DNA of 64,000 bases from Geosiphon pyriformis uo1 (Eukaryota; Fungi; Glomeromycota): NCBI GenBank assembly GCA_016748015.1, contig JAAOMT010000073.1, forward strand, positions 118,393-182,392, given 5' to 3'. Below the pieces are notes generated by a model that searched no databases, had not been told where the DNA came from, and worked only from the letters and a program-made list of their open reading frames with translations. Made by a program: the position numbers and the translations under genes. Every line of letters starts with the position of its first letter. Positions within the stretch are counted from its first letter, which is position 1. Below are positions 41,000 to 54,256 of the stretch, piece after piece.

Positions 41000-43876
41000 T
41001 ATTTTTATTATTAATCCGTATTTTCACTTTTTCTCTCTCTTAATTTTTATAACAATAACCAAAGCAAAGAGTAAAAAGAAAGCAACCACTATTTCCAGCT
41101 TTTGACTGTTTTAAGAGCACTTTTTTGTCTTTAGGCTGAAAGTCTTTTTCAATCAAAATAAAACACTAGAACCAGTTTTTAGTGTTGTCACTACTACATA
41201 AAAAGCCCCAAGATTTTTAACAATAGACCAATATTTAAGCTACTGTTCTTTCAAGTCATTATTCTCATTTCTGTTCAAATAGCCAAAACAGTTAAGATAC
41301 AACCATTTTTTTTTCTATTATTGTTGCAACAAATTTTTTTGAAATTCCAAAAAATAGTTTTTTTCTTAATGTTTTAAAAAACATTATTGCTGTTTGAAAT
41401 TTGTATTTTTTTATACTGCTGGTTTTTCTGCCAATTCTGCTTTACTAATACCAATTACAATGTTTAATTTTGTTTTGGTTGTAAATAATAGTTTTTTCAA
41501 TTTGAATAACAATAATAACAATATAGTTATTATATTAAGCATAAATTAACATTTAGTTATATTGTTTAATAAAAGCAGTTTTAACTAATAATTACCAATT
41601 TTAAATGTAAAACAAATAACATATCAACACTATTACTATTAATTATTTTTTATTATCATTTAACAAAAAAGTAAGATTAATAAAATGAATATTAACTTGT
41701 ACTTTTTTTTTGTTTTTAGATTAAGTAGGGTTTTATTAAGCTTAATTTTTAAATATTGTATATAAAATTTGTTTTTCAAATGCTATTGCCAATAATAATA
41801 TTAAAAATCTTTTTTTTAATCTTTTTTAAGATTGTAAAATTTTTGTATTAATCAATATTCTTAAAACATATAATAAAGTTTTTGTTTTTAAATTGAAATT
41901 TGTTAAATTTTAATTATATGCTGTTGTTTATTTTAAAATTTTTAGATATGTTAACTTTATTTTTATTTATTGATTACTTTTTATAAAAAAAACAGTGTTT
42001 AAATTCTCTTTTTTTTAAATTAAAAAAGATAATTGTTTTAATATATAATTAAACATTTTTTATTTTTTAAATTATTTGAATTTAACTATTATCAAAATAT
42101 ATATTATTGTTATTTTTAAGTTTTAAAAAATTTTCAATACTATTATAGTCAAAACTGGTATTTTTAAAAAAGTTAAATTTAATATTAAAATTTAGATTAT
42201 TTGGTTTTTTATTAAAAAAATTTTTATTATCAAAGTATTTTTCTGTCTTCAAATTAATTATAAAATTATTTATATTATAAAGTATAATTTTTTTAATTAT
42301 TATGTTGATAAAAATTGATAATTTTTGTGTTAAAAACTACTTTTTAAAAAGTTGTAACCAGTTTAAATTAATTTTTTATAATTTAAACTTCTAAATTTAC
42401 TAAATTTTAATTTATCAATGTTAATTACATTTTTATCCAAATTTATGTTTTTTTCTTTTGTTTTTAATTATTAATAAAACACTTTTTTTAGCTTTAAATA
42501 AAGGTTTTTTTTCATTCAAAGTTTTTTTAAAATTTTCAACAAGAAACTAATGACAAATCTATTTTTTTATTAATAATTCCTTTTTTGTTACTCAAATAAT
42601 TAAAAAAACCAAATCAACAAAGAAACAACTTTTGATTTTTTTCAAATTTAAAGCAATTAATTCTTTTAAAATATTTAAAAATATATTTCTCTTGATGTTT
42701 TTCAAAACAAAAATTTTAAAACAAAATTTTTTTTTATAAGAAATAAAATATTGACTTTTTTTGATTTTTTGTGTTTTTATTAATCTTTTATAATTATATC
42801 TATTATAATGTTTAATCTTAATTTGGCTGTAAATAATAACTTTTTTTTAGATAATAGCAATAATAATATGTTTGCCAAAACTGGTTTAATTAGCATATAG
42901 TTGAATTATTTAATATATTAAATTTTAATTTATTTTTACCAGTTCTAAAGCAAAACAAGTTTTTAATTATAAATATAATTATATAACTTATTAAATAATT
43001 TAATTTCAAAAATTAAATTAATAAAATCAAATCTAAAACGTTTTTTTGTTTTTTAAAAATATTATTGGTTTTAGTAATGCTTAAAAAACAATCACAGATT
43101 ATTAAAATTTTTTTAAATGAATAGTTTTTAATAAAATTGCTAATTTTAAGTTAATTTATATTAAAATTATGTTTTTAATTTTTATATAGTTTTATTAATT
43201 TAAAATTAGTTGCTAAAAAAACAGATTAAAATTTTTAATAAAATTATGAATAATTTAAGTAAAAAAAATAATTAATCTTAAAGTTAAATATAGTTTAAAC
43301 AGCTTGTTTAATAATAAAATAAATATTAATATTAAAATTTTTTTTAATAAACAAATTTTTGTTAATACTAATATAACTGTTAAGTAAATAAGTAATTTGG
43401 ATTTAAATAACAATAGTTTAGTTTATATTACACATAAAATAAATTTTTAAATAAGTTTTCTTTTTTAAAATCAGTTTAATATTGTTTTAACATAAGTTTA
43501 TATAACTAGTTATATATTAAAACTGCATAATTTATATTTATAATTATAATATCTTTGTAAATTAAAATAAATACTGAAAAAATTATATGATATTAAAACG
43601 ATTAAAAAAAAATTATATGATATTAAATATAGTTTTAACATTTTAATTTACAAAAATTTAAATTTTAATAAACTTTTTACTTTTTATAGATTAATTTTAA
43701 TTTTGTTTATTATTATTAGTTAATTATAATAACTAATTTAAAAATAATTAATTAAATAGTAAGATAACTAAATTAAATAACATTTATAAATAAATTAAAT
43801 AATCAATAATTATAAAAAATTAAACTATTTTTTTAAAAATTCAAATTAGTAATATTGTCAACTTAATTGTTAATAT
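41000..43876 (+). mobile_element. Decayed LINE-like element(s), same family as 6870-7520 and 20730-21480 but opposite orientation
   Basis: Reverse complements of ~41020-41640 and ~42780-42970 align by eye to the 7 kb and 21 kb copies. Residual coding trace TKAKSKKKAT...PKIFNNRP at the least decayed left end. Confidence 0.55.
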
Positions 43877-44441
43877 TATTATGATTAAAATTTTACTTTT
43901 TAATATTATTTATTTACTTAATCATAATTAGTCACATTTATTTATCACTAATGTTATTAGTTAATCATCTTATTTTTAATTAGTTATTAATATAATTATT
44001 GACTTAATCAATAACTTAATTATTAATTATTAACTTGGTCATTAATTTGATTATTAATCTAATTATTGACCGAATTATTAATGTGATTACTAATTAAATC
44101 ATTAATTTTTTTCTTTTCTTGATATGTATAATTATTAGTTTTTTGTAAAGTATATTTATTAAAAAATACAATTAATACTTAATATTAAATTCTAAGTATT
44201 AATATAAAATATATAATTATACTAGTGTATTATTTTTTGTTAATAATATGGACTATTTTTTTGTTTTTTTGTTACTTTTTAAAAAAATAACAACTAAAAT
44301 ATTTATGAAACTCATCTCACACATTGAATCTTTATTAATTCAATTCATTTATTAAAGTTGAATTATTCTTTGATTATTTTTATTGCTATATAATACTGTT
44401 CTTTTTTGCTATCTGTTAGCATATTATATCTGATTATAACT
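43877..44441 (+). repeat. 5' LTR
   Basis: Starts tattatgattaaa and ends tctgattataac, decayed forms of the terminal inverted repeat TGTTACGATCGGA...TCCGATCGTAACA. Confidence 0.8.
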
Positions 44442-47400
44442 TAAAAGTAGTGCTTTTTATAAGATTGTTAAATCTTTAATCTATTTATTATTGTATAGAC
44501 AATTATTTTTTTTTAGTACAAAAAACCTGAAATTATTCCATAACACATAATCGAAATAATTTAGTTTATATTAGTCTTAATTTTCTTTTATTCTGCTTTA
44601 TTTGTTTTTTAGTTAAAAAATAGTTTAGTTAATAGTTTCAAGATTTTTGGAATTTGTTTTTAATTAAATATTCAGCTAAAACTTATTCAATATATTTTGT
44701 TTATTTTTTTAATTAAGCATACTTTAAAAAAATTTAAAACCAGAAATAATTATATTAATCAATTAATATTTTCAATTATCTTTAATTATTTTTTTTTTGA
44801 GATTAAAATTTTAAATCAACAAGTTTATAATTGAATAATTAATCAACAATTAGTTAAAACACTTTTAGAACTAAAAATAAAGAAAACTACTAAATAACAC
44901 TTGTTTTTAATCTTTTTTTTAATAATTTAGATTTTTTATCCTAAACACCAATTTCTATTATAGCCTAAGACAAAGCAAATATATTATTAGCTCTTTTAAG
45001 CATTTAAACTATCTTAAGTTGTCGAAAGATAAGTCTTTTACTTTTGTTTAAAAGAGATCTTAAGATCTAATAGAATAGCTCAAAAACTTTGAAAAAGCTG
45101 TTATAGCAAATCAATATAATAATAATTCCAAATTCCAAATAGTTAAAAAATATCTTTAAAATTTTTTGCTATATAGTTTATCCAAGAAACTATTAGAAGA
45201 GCTGTTCAATAAATTGTTTAATAGTCTTTAAAAATGCTGGTCAAAATACAACATTTTTTACCACTAAATTCGAAAAAAAATTCTACACTATAATATTAAT
45301 ATTTAAGTAAAAAATAGAGCTAAAATAAAGAATACCAGACCCAGAAAAAGTAATTACCAAATACACAAAAACAATTTGAAAATTAATAAAATGAGTAAAT
45401 TTAGAAAGAAATTGAACAGACTAACAAAAAATCTATTTTTTATCAAGAAATTAAAAACAGATTTATTTTATGTTTTATGGTTTTTTTTTGTTATCAAAAA
45501 TAATCTCACTTTAGATACAAAAATAGTCTAACAGATTAAAAACAATCAATAAATATATTTAATAATTGCTTTTTTATTTCTAATAGCCACTTTAGTTTTT
45601 GCTTTTTTTTTTAAATAGCTGTTATATTATTACTACTTATATTTAAGATTTGAATAAACAATTAATAAATAAATTAACAGTAAATTTTATCAGATTTTTA
45701 AAATTTTTAGTTTATATAGTACAGTAAAATCAAAAATCTTTAAGATTTTAATATTAATTCTATTATAATTAGTCTTAGCAGTCTCAATATAATCCAAGAC
45801 CTAAAGACCAAAGTTTTTTATTTTGTTATCAATATAAAAATACTGATTATATGACACAAAATTGTAATTATTTTCTAATGTTTTCTTTAAATCTGAGAAA
45901 ACAATCAGCAAATTAACGAAAACAATAATAATTAAGCTTCTAATTTTAATATTAATTAAGCTTATGTAAACTTTTTTAGAAAGAATCTTTTAGTTAAAAC
46001 AATAAAATATTAGTTTTTGAATTTATAAGGATATCTTTTAAGAGTAAAAATACAAATCAAAAAAAAAATTTTATTTAATTTTAATTTAACAAACAATAAT
46101 ATAAAACCACAAAAACAAAATAACAAACCATCAAGCAAACCCAATTCAAAAAACAAAAAGTAGATTTTAATATGAGTTCTAATGTAATTATTTTAATGTT
46201 TAATAACAAAAATAAAACTTTAAAGTTAAAGTGTTTAAAAATTTATTAAAGTTAGAATTGTTTAGAAATTAGATTATTTTCAATAGTTAAAAATCTAATA
46301 AAAACATATATACATATTATTTTTAGTTAATTTATAACTTATTTATAATTTTGTAATTATCTTCGAAAATTATTAATACTTAAAAAAAACAGTCTAAAAC
46401 TAATAAATATTTTCAATAAACAATATTGGCTCTTAATAACAATATTATTTTTCTTATTTATAAAGCACAAATAATTAGATATTTTATAAATCTAATATTA
46501 AATAGTAATTTTTTAGTCAATATTATAATTTAGCATTTTTTAAATATAATTAGAAAAAAAGTCAATAAATTATTAATTAAACTAATAATTAATATTCACA
46601 GAAACAAAAAAAAACTTAGAAATTATTAAAGCTATTCTTATTTGAATTAATAGTATATATATTAAAACTAATATAAAAATATTAAAAGCTAAAAATTACA
46701 CAATAATTATTAAAAATAAATAGTTAAAAAAAACCAAAGCTCTTTTTAATTACAAAAAATAATAATACAATAATAACAGTAAAACAATAATAATAATTTT
46801 AATAATTCTGAAAACTCTAAAGAAAAAAAAGCAAAATTAGCCTTTACCACTTTTAGCAGCAATAAAAAACACTTAAACAATATGCAAACCAATAATAAAA
46901 GTTTAATAGTCAATGAAAAACTTATTTATTAGCCATATTATAATGTTTAAAAAAAATGTTTAGACAACAACTAGAAAAAAAAACAAAATAAAACTATTAG
47001 TAATATAGTTTTTGTACTTAATATTAGTGTAATTATCTTTTTTATTTTCAAGTAATAAATATAAATTATGTTTGATCTTTTTTAAAGATTAGAAACTAAT
47101 TAGTTTAATTCTTGACAAAAAAATTAAAGCTATACAAAAAACATTTAAATAAAAAATATATAAAGTACAATTATTAACAGTTACACAAAAGAAACCCAGT
47201 AAAAAAAACTAAAAAATTAATATAAAAAATTTGTTAGTATAAAATAAATTAATAATATTAAAAGGAAAAAAACATCTTGGTCAAACAAATTTTATTTATT
47301 TAAAGTTATATTAATCAAATTGCCAAAATGATAAGTTTATTAAGAAAGAAAGAAATAAAATAAAAAACTTGAATTTATATAAAAAACCAAAAATAAATAG

Positions 47401-48550
47401 GCATTTTTAGTTGTAATAAATATCCAAGAAAAAAAAACCTTAAAATTTTGCATTGACTATTAACAAATAAATATTATCACCAAACAAAATATTAATCTTC
47501 TTTCAAAAATTGATTATACTCTTGATTGATTTGAAAACTCAGCCTATTTTACAACAATTAATTTAACTGCCGAATTTTGGCAAGTAAAAATAAATCTTGT
47601 TAACAAAAAAAAACCTTCTTTATCACAAAATATAAAACTTACAAGTTTATTATAATGTCTTTTGAATTAACAAATATCTCATCCATATTTCAAAAATTAA
47701 TGGATAAAGTATTTAGACCAAAGATTAACAGTTTGTTTTTTATATCTCGATAATATAATTGTGTATTTAAAAACTTGGAATAAATATTTGAATTATTTTC
47801 AAAAAGTTTTTAATCTCTTCAAAAATGCTGAATTTGAGATCAATTTAATCAAATCATTTTTTAAAAAACAATTTATCTAGTTTTTAAGTCATTTTGTAAT
47901 AAAAGATAGAATCTTTTCAGACTTAGCCAAAGTAAAAAAAGTACAAAAACTTAAACAATCAATAAATATTTCCAAATTTACAATTCATGAATATTAGATA
48001 AAAAAGTACTCAAACACTTTGCTTATTATTAAAAAACAAATAACAATTGAAAATAAAATTAAAGTATACTTTATTATCAACTTATAAAAAATTATCACAA
48101 AAAACAGAAAATTAACAACAAAATAAAGAAATGTATACTTGAATGTGTAATTGTTAAAATATTTTTCTCTTTTAACATGCTTAAAAAAATGATAAAAAAA
48201 GTTTTACTTACAGATAAGAAATTATTATATAGAAAACCATTTAAATATTATAAAAGACTTAATAAAGTTATTGAAAATTTGAATTTTTTGAAGAAAATAA
48301 TTTCAAAAATTCAGACAAAAATTTTAAACATTATATATTTAAATATTTTAAAAGTTTTGACTATTACAAAAAGAGCCAAAATACTTATACAAAAATTTGG
48401 TCTTTTAAATTCAAAACTAATATTATCACAGCTTTTTTACATTTTATTAATTAAAGATTTTAACAAATTAGTTAATTTTGAAATAAAAACTTCAGAACTT
48501 TCTTTAAATAAATTTATTTTGCCAAAGCTCAATTTTTTTGGAAAAGATAA

Positions 48551-49205
48551 TATTATAGTTAAAATATTTCCTTTTTAATATTATTTATTTACTTAGCCAT
48601 AGTTAATTACATGTATTTTGTCATTAATATTATTAATTAGTTATCTTATTTTTAGAATTAATTATTGATGTAAATATTGACCAAATCATTAATGTAATTA
48701 TTAACTTGATTATTGATTTTTTTTTCACAAATATATAAGCAAGACTTTCCAAAGCTGTAAAAATACATCTAAACTCAGATTAATTTTATTTAAAGCAAAA
48801 ATCAATACAAAAATATCAACTTCTTTATTTTCTTTTCACTATTTCTTTTCTCTTTTCTTTTTTTGATTTTTATAATTGTTAGTTTTTGTAAAGTATATTG
48901 AATAAACATTTACTGAAAAGTACAATTAATACCTAATATTCAATTTTAAGAACACTGATGTAAGGCATAGAATTGTATCAGTGTGTTATTTTTTGTTAAC
49001 AATAAAAACTATTCTTCTATTTTCAGATTTCTTTGTTACCTTTTGGAAAAAATAGCAACTGGAATATTTATGAAACTGATCTTGTACATTGAATCCTTAC
49101 TAATCTAATTCACTTATTAAAGTTAAATTATTCTTTGATTATTTTATCACCATACAATACTGTTCTCCTTTGCTATGTATTAGTATGTTACATCCGATCG
49201 TAACA
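48551..49205 (+). repeat. 3' LTR
   Basis: Aligns to the 5' LTR and ends with intact ...tccgatcgtaaca (canonical CA end). Confidence 0.82.
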
Positions 49206-49592
49206 ATATGTTTAAAAGCTTTCATAAATTTAAAAATAAGTATAATATAAGTGTTTTATATAATAATAAGATATATAATAAATCTAATTTTGCTGTAAAT
49301 AATAATGCATTTGTCAATTTAATAGTTTTGTAAAATTATTAAGACTTTAAAATTAAATTTAGCAAAAAATTTATTAAAATTTGAATAAATAAGTTTATCC
49401 AGAATAATAGTTATTTGAATTACTGTTTAAGCGAAATAAATATACAGAGTTTGTTTTTTAATATTTGATTTAAAGTAGTCTTAGATAGTCAGTTATGCAT
49501 AGTTTGTTGTGCAATTCATGTTTAATATATGATAATTGTATTGTATATGAATAGTTGGTGGTTGGACTGCACTTAGTTTGGTAATTTAAAAA

Positions 49593-49630
<38 letters not shown>

Positions 49631-52600
49631 AATTACAGATTTTTACAAATGAAGCAATAATACATTACTTAAATTATACACATATTAAAACAGTAAAACT
49701 TTTAAAACGCTTTTTTTTAAAAAAATCAATCTTTAAAAAATAAAATAATTTTTATTAATTATGTTAAAATCTTAAAAAATAAATTGTTTTTAACTCAAAT
49801 ATTAAGAAGATTGATTAATTAATTGTTAAAAAAAAATTTCTAAATAGCTTGTAATTTAATAAAATAATAAAGAATTTGAAATTATTATTGGTTATTTTAA
49901 AAGTGAAATATTAATTCATTAAAACAAAACAATTTTTAATTTTTAATTTAATTTAATTTAATTTAATTTATTATGAAAAAGTTTTTTTTTAATCTTATCT
50001 TTATTGATTTAATATTAAAAATTTTAATTATAATATGTAAAAAAAAAATTATATTATTTGTATATACATAAGTTTTTAATTTTAATAAAAAATTTGATTA
50101 AAAAAAAATAGCAAACATAAAAAACTAAAAAGTGAAATCAATTAATATATGTAAAATTTTCGCAAAATTAATTGTTAATAAATTAACAAAAAAGAATAAT
50201 ATAGATTTAAACGAAGATGAATGCACAAAAAATTTTTTTTAATGCATCTTTAAACACACTAGCTATATTAGAAAAAATATAAATAATTTTCCGAAGTTAT
50301 AAATTGATTTTTGATGGTTTTTCATCTTAATGTAATTAAAAATTGAAACAATTTATGGAGGGGAAAAAAATATTATTCTAAATTCGTTCTAATTACTTTA
50401 GGTAACTTTATTGTAAAAAGAAATAAAGAATGTATAATTTGTTAATCTGACTATAAAAAAATCACCTGGTTTCTAGTGTAATTTGATATAACAGTTGAGG
50501 CATGGCATTACAAGACATTTTTATCTGACAATCCCTTTTCATATGCCCCCTTTGTTTGTATTATTGGTGCATTTTAACTTGTGAAAATAAATGCGGCTAT
50601 TGTTCTTTGTTAATTGTAACGATTTGTGGGAGAATTTACGTTTGGGAATGGGTATTAGTCATTGGATTTTTTATTTGGTGAAGAAAATGCTGCTAGGCAT
50701 CGAATTTGGAATATGGGCTGAAACCCTATTTGGTAGATTTCAAAGGCAAATTTAACGATCCAAATTCTATTTTGGAGAACTTTCATTAGTTGAAAGGGAA
50801 AGGAAACCTCTTTTTTCGTTCTGAAAAGGCAGTTAAGCAAGAAAAAATCTTTTTTAGAAAATTTCTCCTTTTCAATGTTTCATCCCCTCTCACTACGAGA
50901 GCGAATGGACAAACCTCACATTTCTATGTAAACATTCAATGTTTGAGAGGCTCAAATTCTTCCTGCATTTTGTCGCAAACCATGATTACGAAAAAGCCTT
51001 CAAGACTGATCGTCTATTGGTACAATGGTTCGTCCTGTACTCAATATTAGTCTCATATAAATTGGATTTATACCAGCAAAAAACTGCCACTAGCGAATAA
51101 TAGCGAAATATGATAGTTAAACCAAAAATTAGAAGCGAAAATTCTAACCCTTTCCACAATTTTGCAGGAGCATCAAGGAGAAAAAAAATCGAATTCCCGT
51201 TTTATTTCTTTAAAAGCCTAATGTTAAACAGCAGTATATGGTGAAAGAATAACTGAAAGGGATTCTATCTGATGTAGAAATGAAAGTAGGTATAATGATT
51301 GAAAGGGCTAATCTGTAAAAGAATGACCAATCATAAAACTTCCATCAGGATTTGAGCATATCAAAAATTTTTGGTGTAAATTAGGATCATTAAGTTTTAT
51401 GTTCATCAACTTATAATATTTAGTAAGTCTTCAAGTCTTAAAATAAACAATAATTGAAACTATTATGTTGATTGGACAAAAATAAAACTGCCAGGTGACT
51501 TTTTGGTGGTCATAATTTATTCTATATTTTAACCACATGTAAATTTTTTCAAAAACAAAAATGGCAACTATTAGTTCAATTTGCATAAAAAATTTTTCTG
51601 TTTTATATAACAAAAATCATAAAATATTTATTTTTAATTTGTAGTCTCACATTTTTTTCAAAAATTAGTAAAGAAAACAACCTTTAATATTATAAAAATA
51701 ATTTAAAGAAAATACTTTTAATTAAACAATAATTAAAAAATATGTTTTTTGAAAGCTTTTATGTTAAAAAAAAAAATTTCGAATTTTTTTAAACACACAA
51801 TTAATTTTTTGTGGTACCTAATAAGTTATGTATTGCATTTCAATCTGCATTTTAATTATTGATAGATCCCAATTTTACGATCACAATGAAATGGTTTAAG
51901 CGATTGATAAGTTAATAAGTTTATAATAATGGGTGAAAATGAAAATGAAAATGAAAATGAAAATGAAAATGAAATTTTAATTTTAATTTTAACTTCAATT
52001 AGTGTAACAAAATGACACTTTTTTAATTGGATTTTTAGGATGAAAAAAACCTTGATTGTGAGTATCCACAATAGAAGAGATTTTCAAAAACTATTACATT
52101 AATAAGAAATTGTGAAACCTTGAAAATTCAATACTACTACTTTTTCGAAAAAAAAACAAAAAACTATTCACTGCCTTGAAAGACCAAACAAGTATATTTT
52201 TAAAATTTTTACCATAATTTGAAATCAAAACAAAAAGCTTGGGTAAAAGGGTTGAGTTATTGTTCTTTGAAGTTATGTAGTACAATTAATTACGGTATTT
52301 CTTGTCAAAAATCATTATGCAGTGACAAATTTTTTAAATTCTCACTTTTTCGTGTGGAGAATGTACACAATGAATGTCATTGTTTACTAGTTTTTGAGTA
52401 TCCTTTGTGAAAGAACGAAAAAATTGAAAAACTTTTGAAGATAAAGAATAATTGTATAAATTTTTCCAGTCATTGTTTTAGAAGTTATTTCCTAAAATAT
52501 TGAGACAAACAGCTGGATTTTTGTGGGATCCTAAATATAGATCTCCCCCCCCCCCAAAGAAGCAGAATATTTTCGATTATGTCAATATTACTAAACCAAA

Positions 52601-53136
52601 ATTCTATCGTTACACCATCAGTGATGCCCGTAAATTATGCATAATGCTGTGATATTACGGGTTTATAATGTTAACATTAACGGATTTCATTTTTTTGACA
52701 CCCAATTTCGGCCCCTTTTATTCAGATATCATTGGGTAAAACTTTTGCTGACAAGATTTCATGATTACAGTAACCTATAATACACATTTTAAAAAGGGAA
52801 CTATCATCATGAAAAAAGTCCTATAGTAACATAATTGGTAAGATTCTGAAACTAGTACGTATATTTAAAATTTTTTTACAGTTCATGCCCGTATTTAGTC
52901 TTGAAAAGGATCTACACAATATTTGGTGTCACATATATTGAGGCATTTAGACAATTGTCAATTAGTGGCCCGCCGTTGTTATTGAAACTTTGTAAATCTC
53001 TAACACCCGTTTTTGTAAATCTCTAACGCCTAAAAAAGAAAAAAAAAGAAAAATGCATTATTCATATTGATTGTCCCGAAATTGGCAGATTTCGGGTTAT
53101 GCTAAATATTATGAATCTTTTTTGACAAAAAAAATG

Positions 53137-53144
53137 TATATAAA
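53137..53144 (+). promoter_or_regulatory. Candidate TATA box for the 53429 gene
   Basis: TATATAAA about 290 bp upstream of the ATG, followed by a pyrimidine-rich leader. Weak evidence in AT-rich DNA. Confidence 0.3.
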
Positions 53145-53428
53145 CACTCCTTCTCGCGGTAACTGTTGAAACTTTGTCATCGATTGATTCGAACCCACAA
53201 AACCTTCACATTTTCTCCAATCAACAGCTTCTTTTCTTTCTCTTCATCTTAAAAAAAATCTTTGATCCAAATTCTTGTTGATTGATTCACACAAGTTTTT
53301 GAATTTTAAAAAAAATAATAATAAACAAAAATCCTCCGTTTTTAATTCTTTTGACTTTCAAAATTTATATTCACTTTCAATTTCCTTGTTCACTAAAACT
53401 CTTCTTAACCAAATTATTTCATCTTAAA

Positions 53429-54256
53429 ATGTCTCGAAAATTCATCTACTCCTCTTTCATCCTTACTATTTCTCTCCTCTCTCTCACTCTGGTTTCTTCA
53501 GCTCCAATCTCATCCTCATCTGATTCATATCTAATCTTAAAACGTGACGGCAAGGGTAATGGTAACGGAAACGGAAATATCGGTGATAATCACGGTAGCA
53601 ACACAAATGAGAACAACACCGGTAATAATAATATCGATGGTCCATCAGCTCCTTCTACTTCTGCCCCAGATACCCCAGCATTGAAAGAGCCTCAAAACAC
53701 CAAGAAGCCAAAAGGAAAAAAATCACAACCTGCTTCTTCCACTCCTGCTCCTTCTATTATCCCTGATAGTTCTGATAGTTCTGATAGTTCTGATCCCTCA
53801 GATCTCTCAGATCAATGCGATGGAATTCTCGTCCCAAAAGGTACTAAAATTCCAAAAGTAGATAATACGGAAAGCGATAGTGGTGAAGATACCAATGGCA
53901 AGAACAATGGAATTGGCAACATCGGCAAACATAATGGGGAAAATAATGGTCATGGCAATACTGGCAAACATAATGGGGAAAATAATGGAATCGGAAATAT
54001 CGGTGAACATAATGGGGAAAATAATGGGATTGGAAACGTCGGTGACGATAATGGGAAAAATAATGGAATTGGAAATGTCGGTGACAATAACGGGAAAAAT
54101 AATGGAAATGGAAATATTGGTGAACATAATGGAGAAAACAATGGAAATGGAAATACCTTGGAAGGTCTTGTAAAGCGACAAAGTGAAAGTGCTGTTGAGT
54201 GGGAATGTATCCCATTCTCCGATTTTATTTCTGGTTATAATGATACCAAGAATTAA
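53429..54256 (+). CDS. Secreted Asn/Gly-repeat protein A (signal peptide, two KR sites, seven 13-aa repeats)
   Basis: True start is probably the ATG at 53429 (MSRKFIYSSFILTISLLSLTLVSSAP). LKR|DGKGNGNGNGNIGD, a P/S/K-rich linker, repeats such as GKHNGENNGIGNI, then LEGLVKR|QSESAVEWECIPF. Intronless. Confidence 0.88.
   Translation: MSRKFIYSSFILTISLLSLTLVSSAPISSSSDSYLILKRDGKGNGNGNGNIGDNHGSNTNENNTGNNNIDGPSAPSTSAPDTPALKEPQNTKKPKGKKSQPASSTPAPSIIPDSSDSSDSSDPSDLSDQCDGILVPKGTKIPKVDNTESDSGEDTNGKNNGIGNIGKHNGENNGHGNTGKHNGENNGIGNIGEHNGENNGIGNVGDDNGKNNGIGNVGDNNGKNNGNGNIGEHNGENNGNGNTLEGLVKRQSESAVEWECIPFSDFISGYNDTKN

Larger units (their letters stand above)
43877..49205 (+). mobile_element. Ty3/Gypsy LTR retrotransposon relic with both LTRs
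   Basis: Direct repeats at 43877-44441 and 48551-49205. RT remnant FCIDY*QINIITKQNINLLSKIDYTLD*FENSAYFTTINLTAEFWQVK at ~47447-47590. Decayed purine tract before the 3' LTR; ATAT flanks both ends. Confidence 0.85.

Noticed and set aside
53807-54215. Overlapping ORFs over gene A, including a His/Phe/Tyr-rich one
   Set aside because: Repeat shadows of the same kind.
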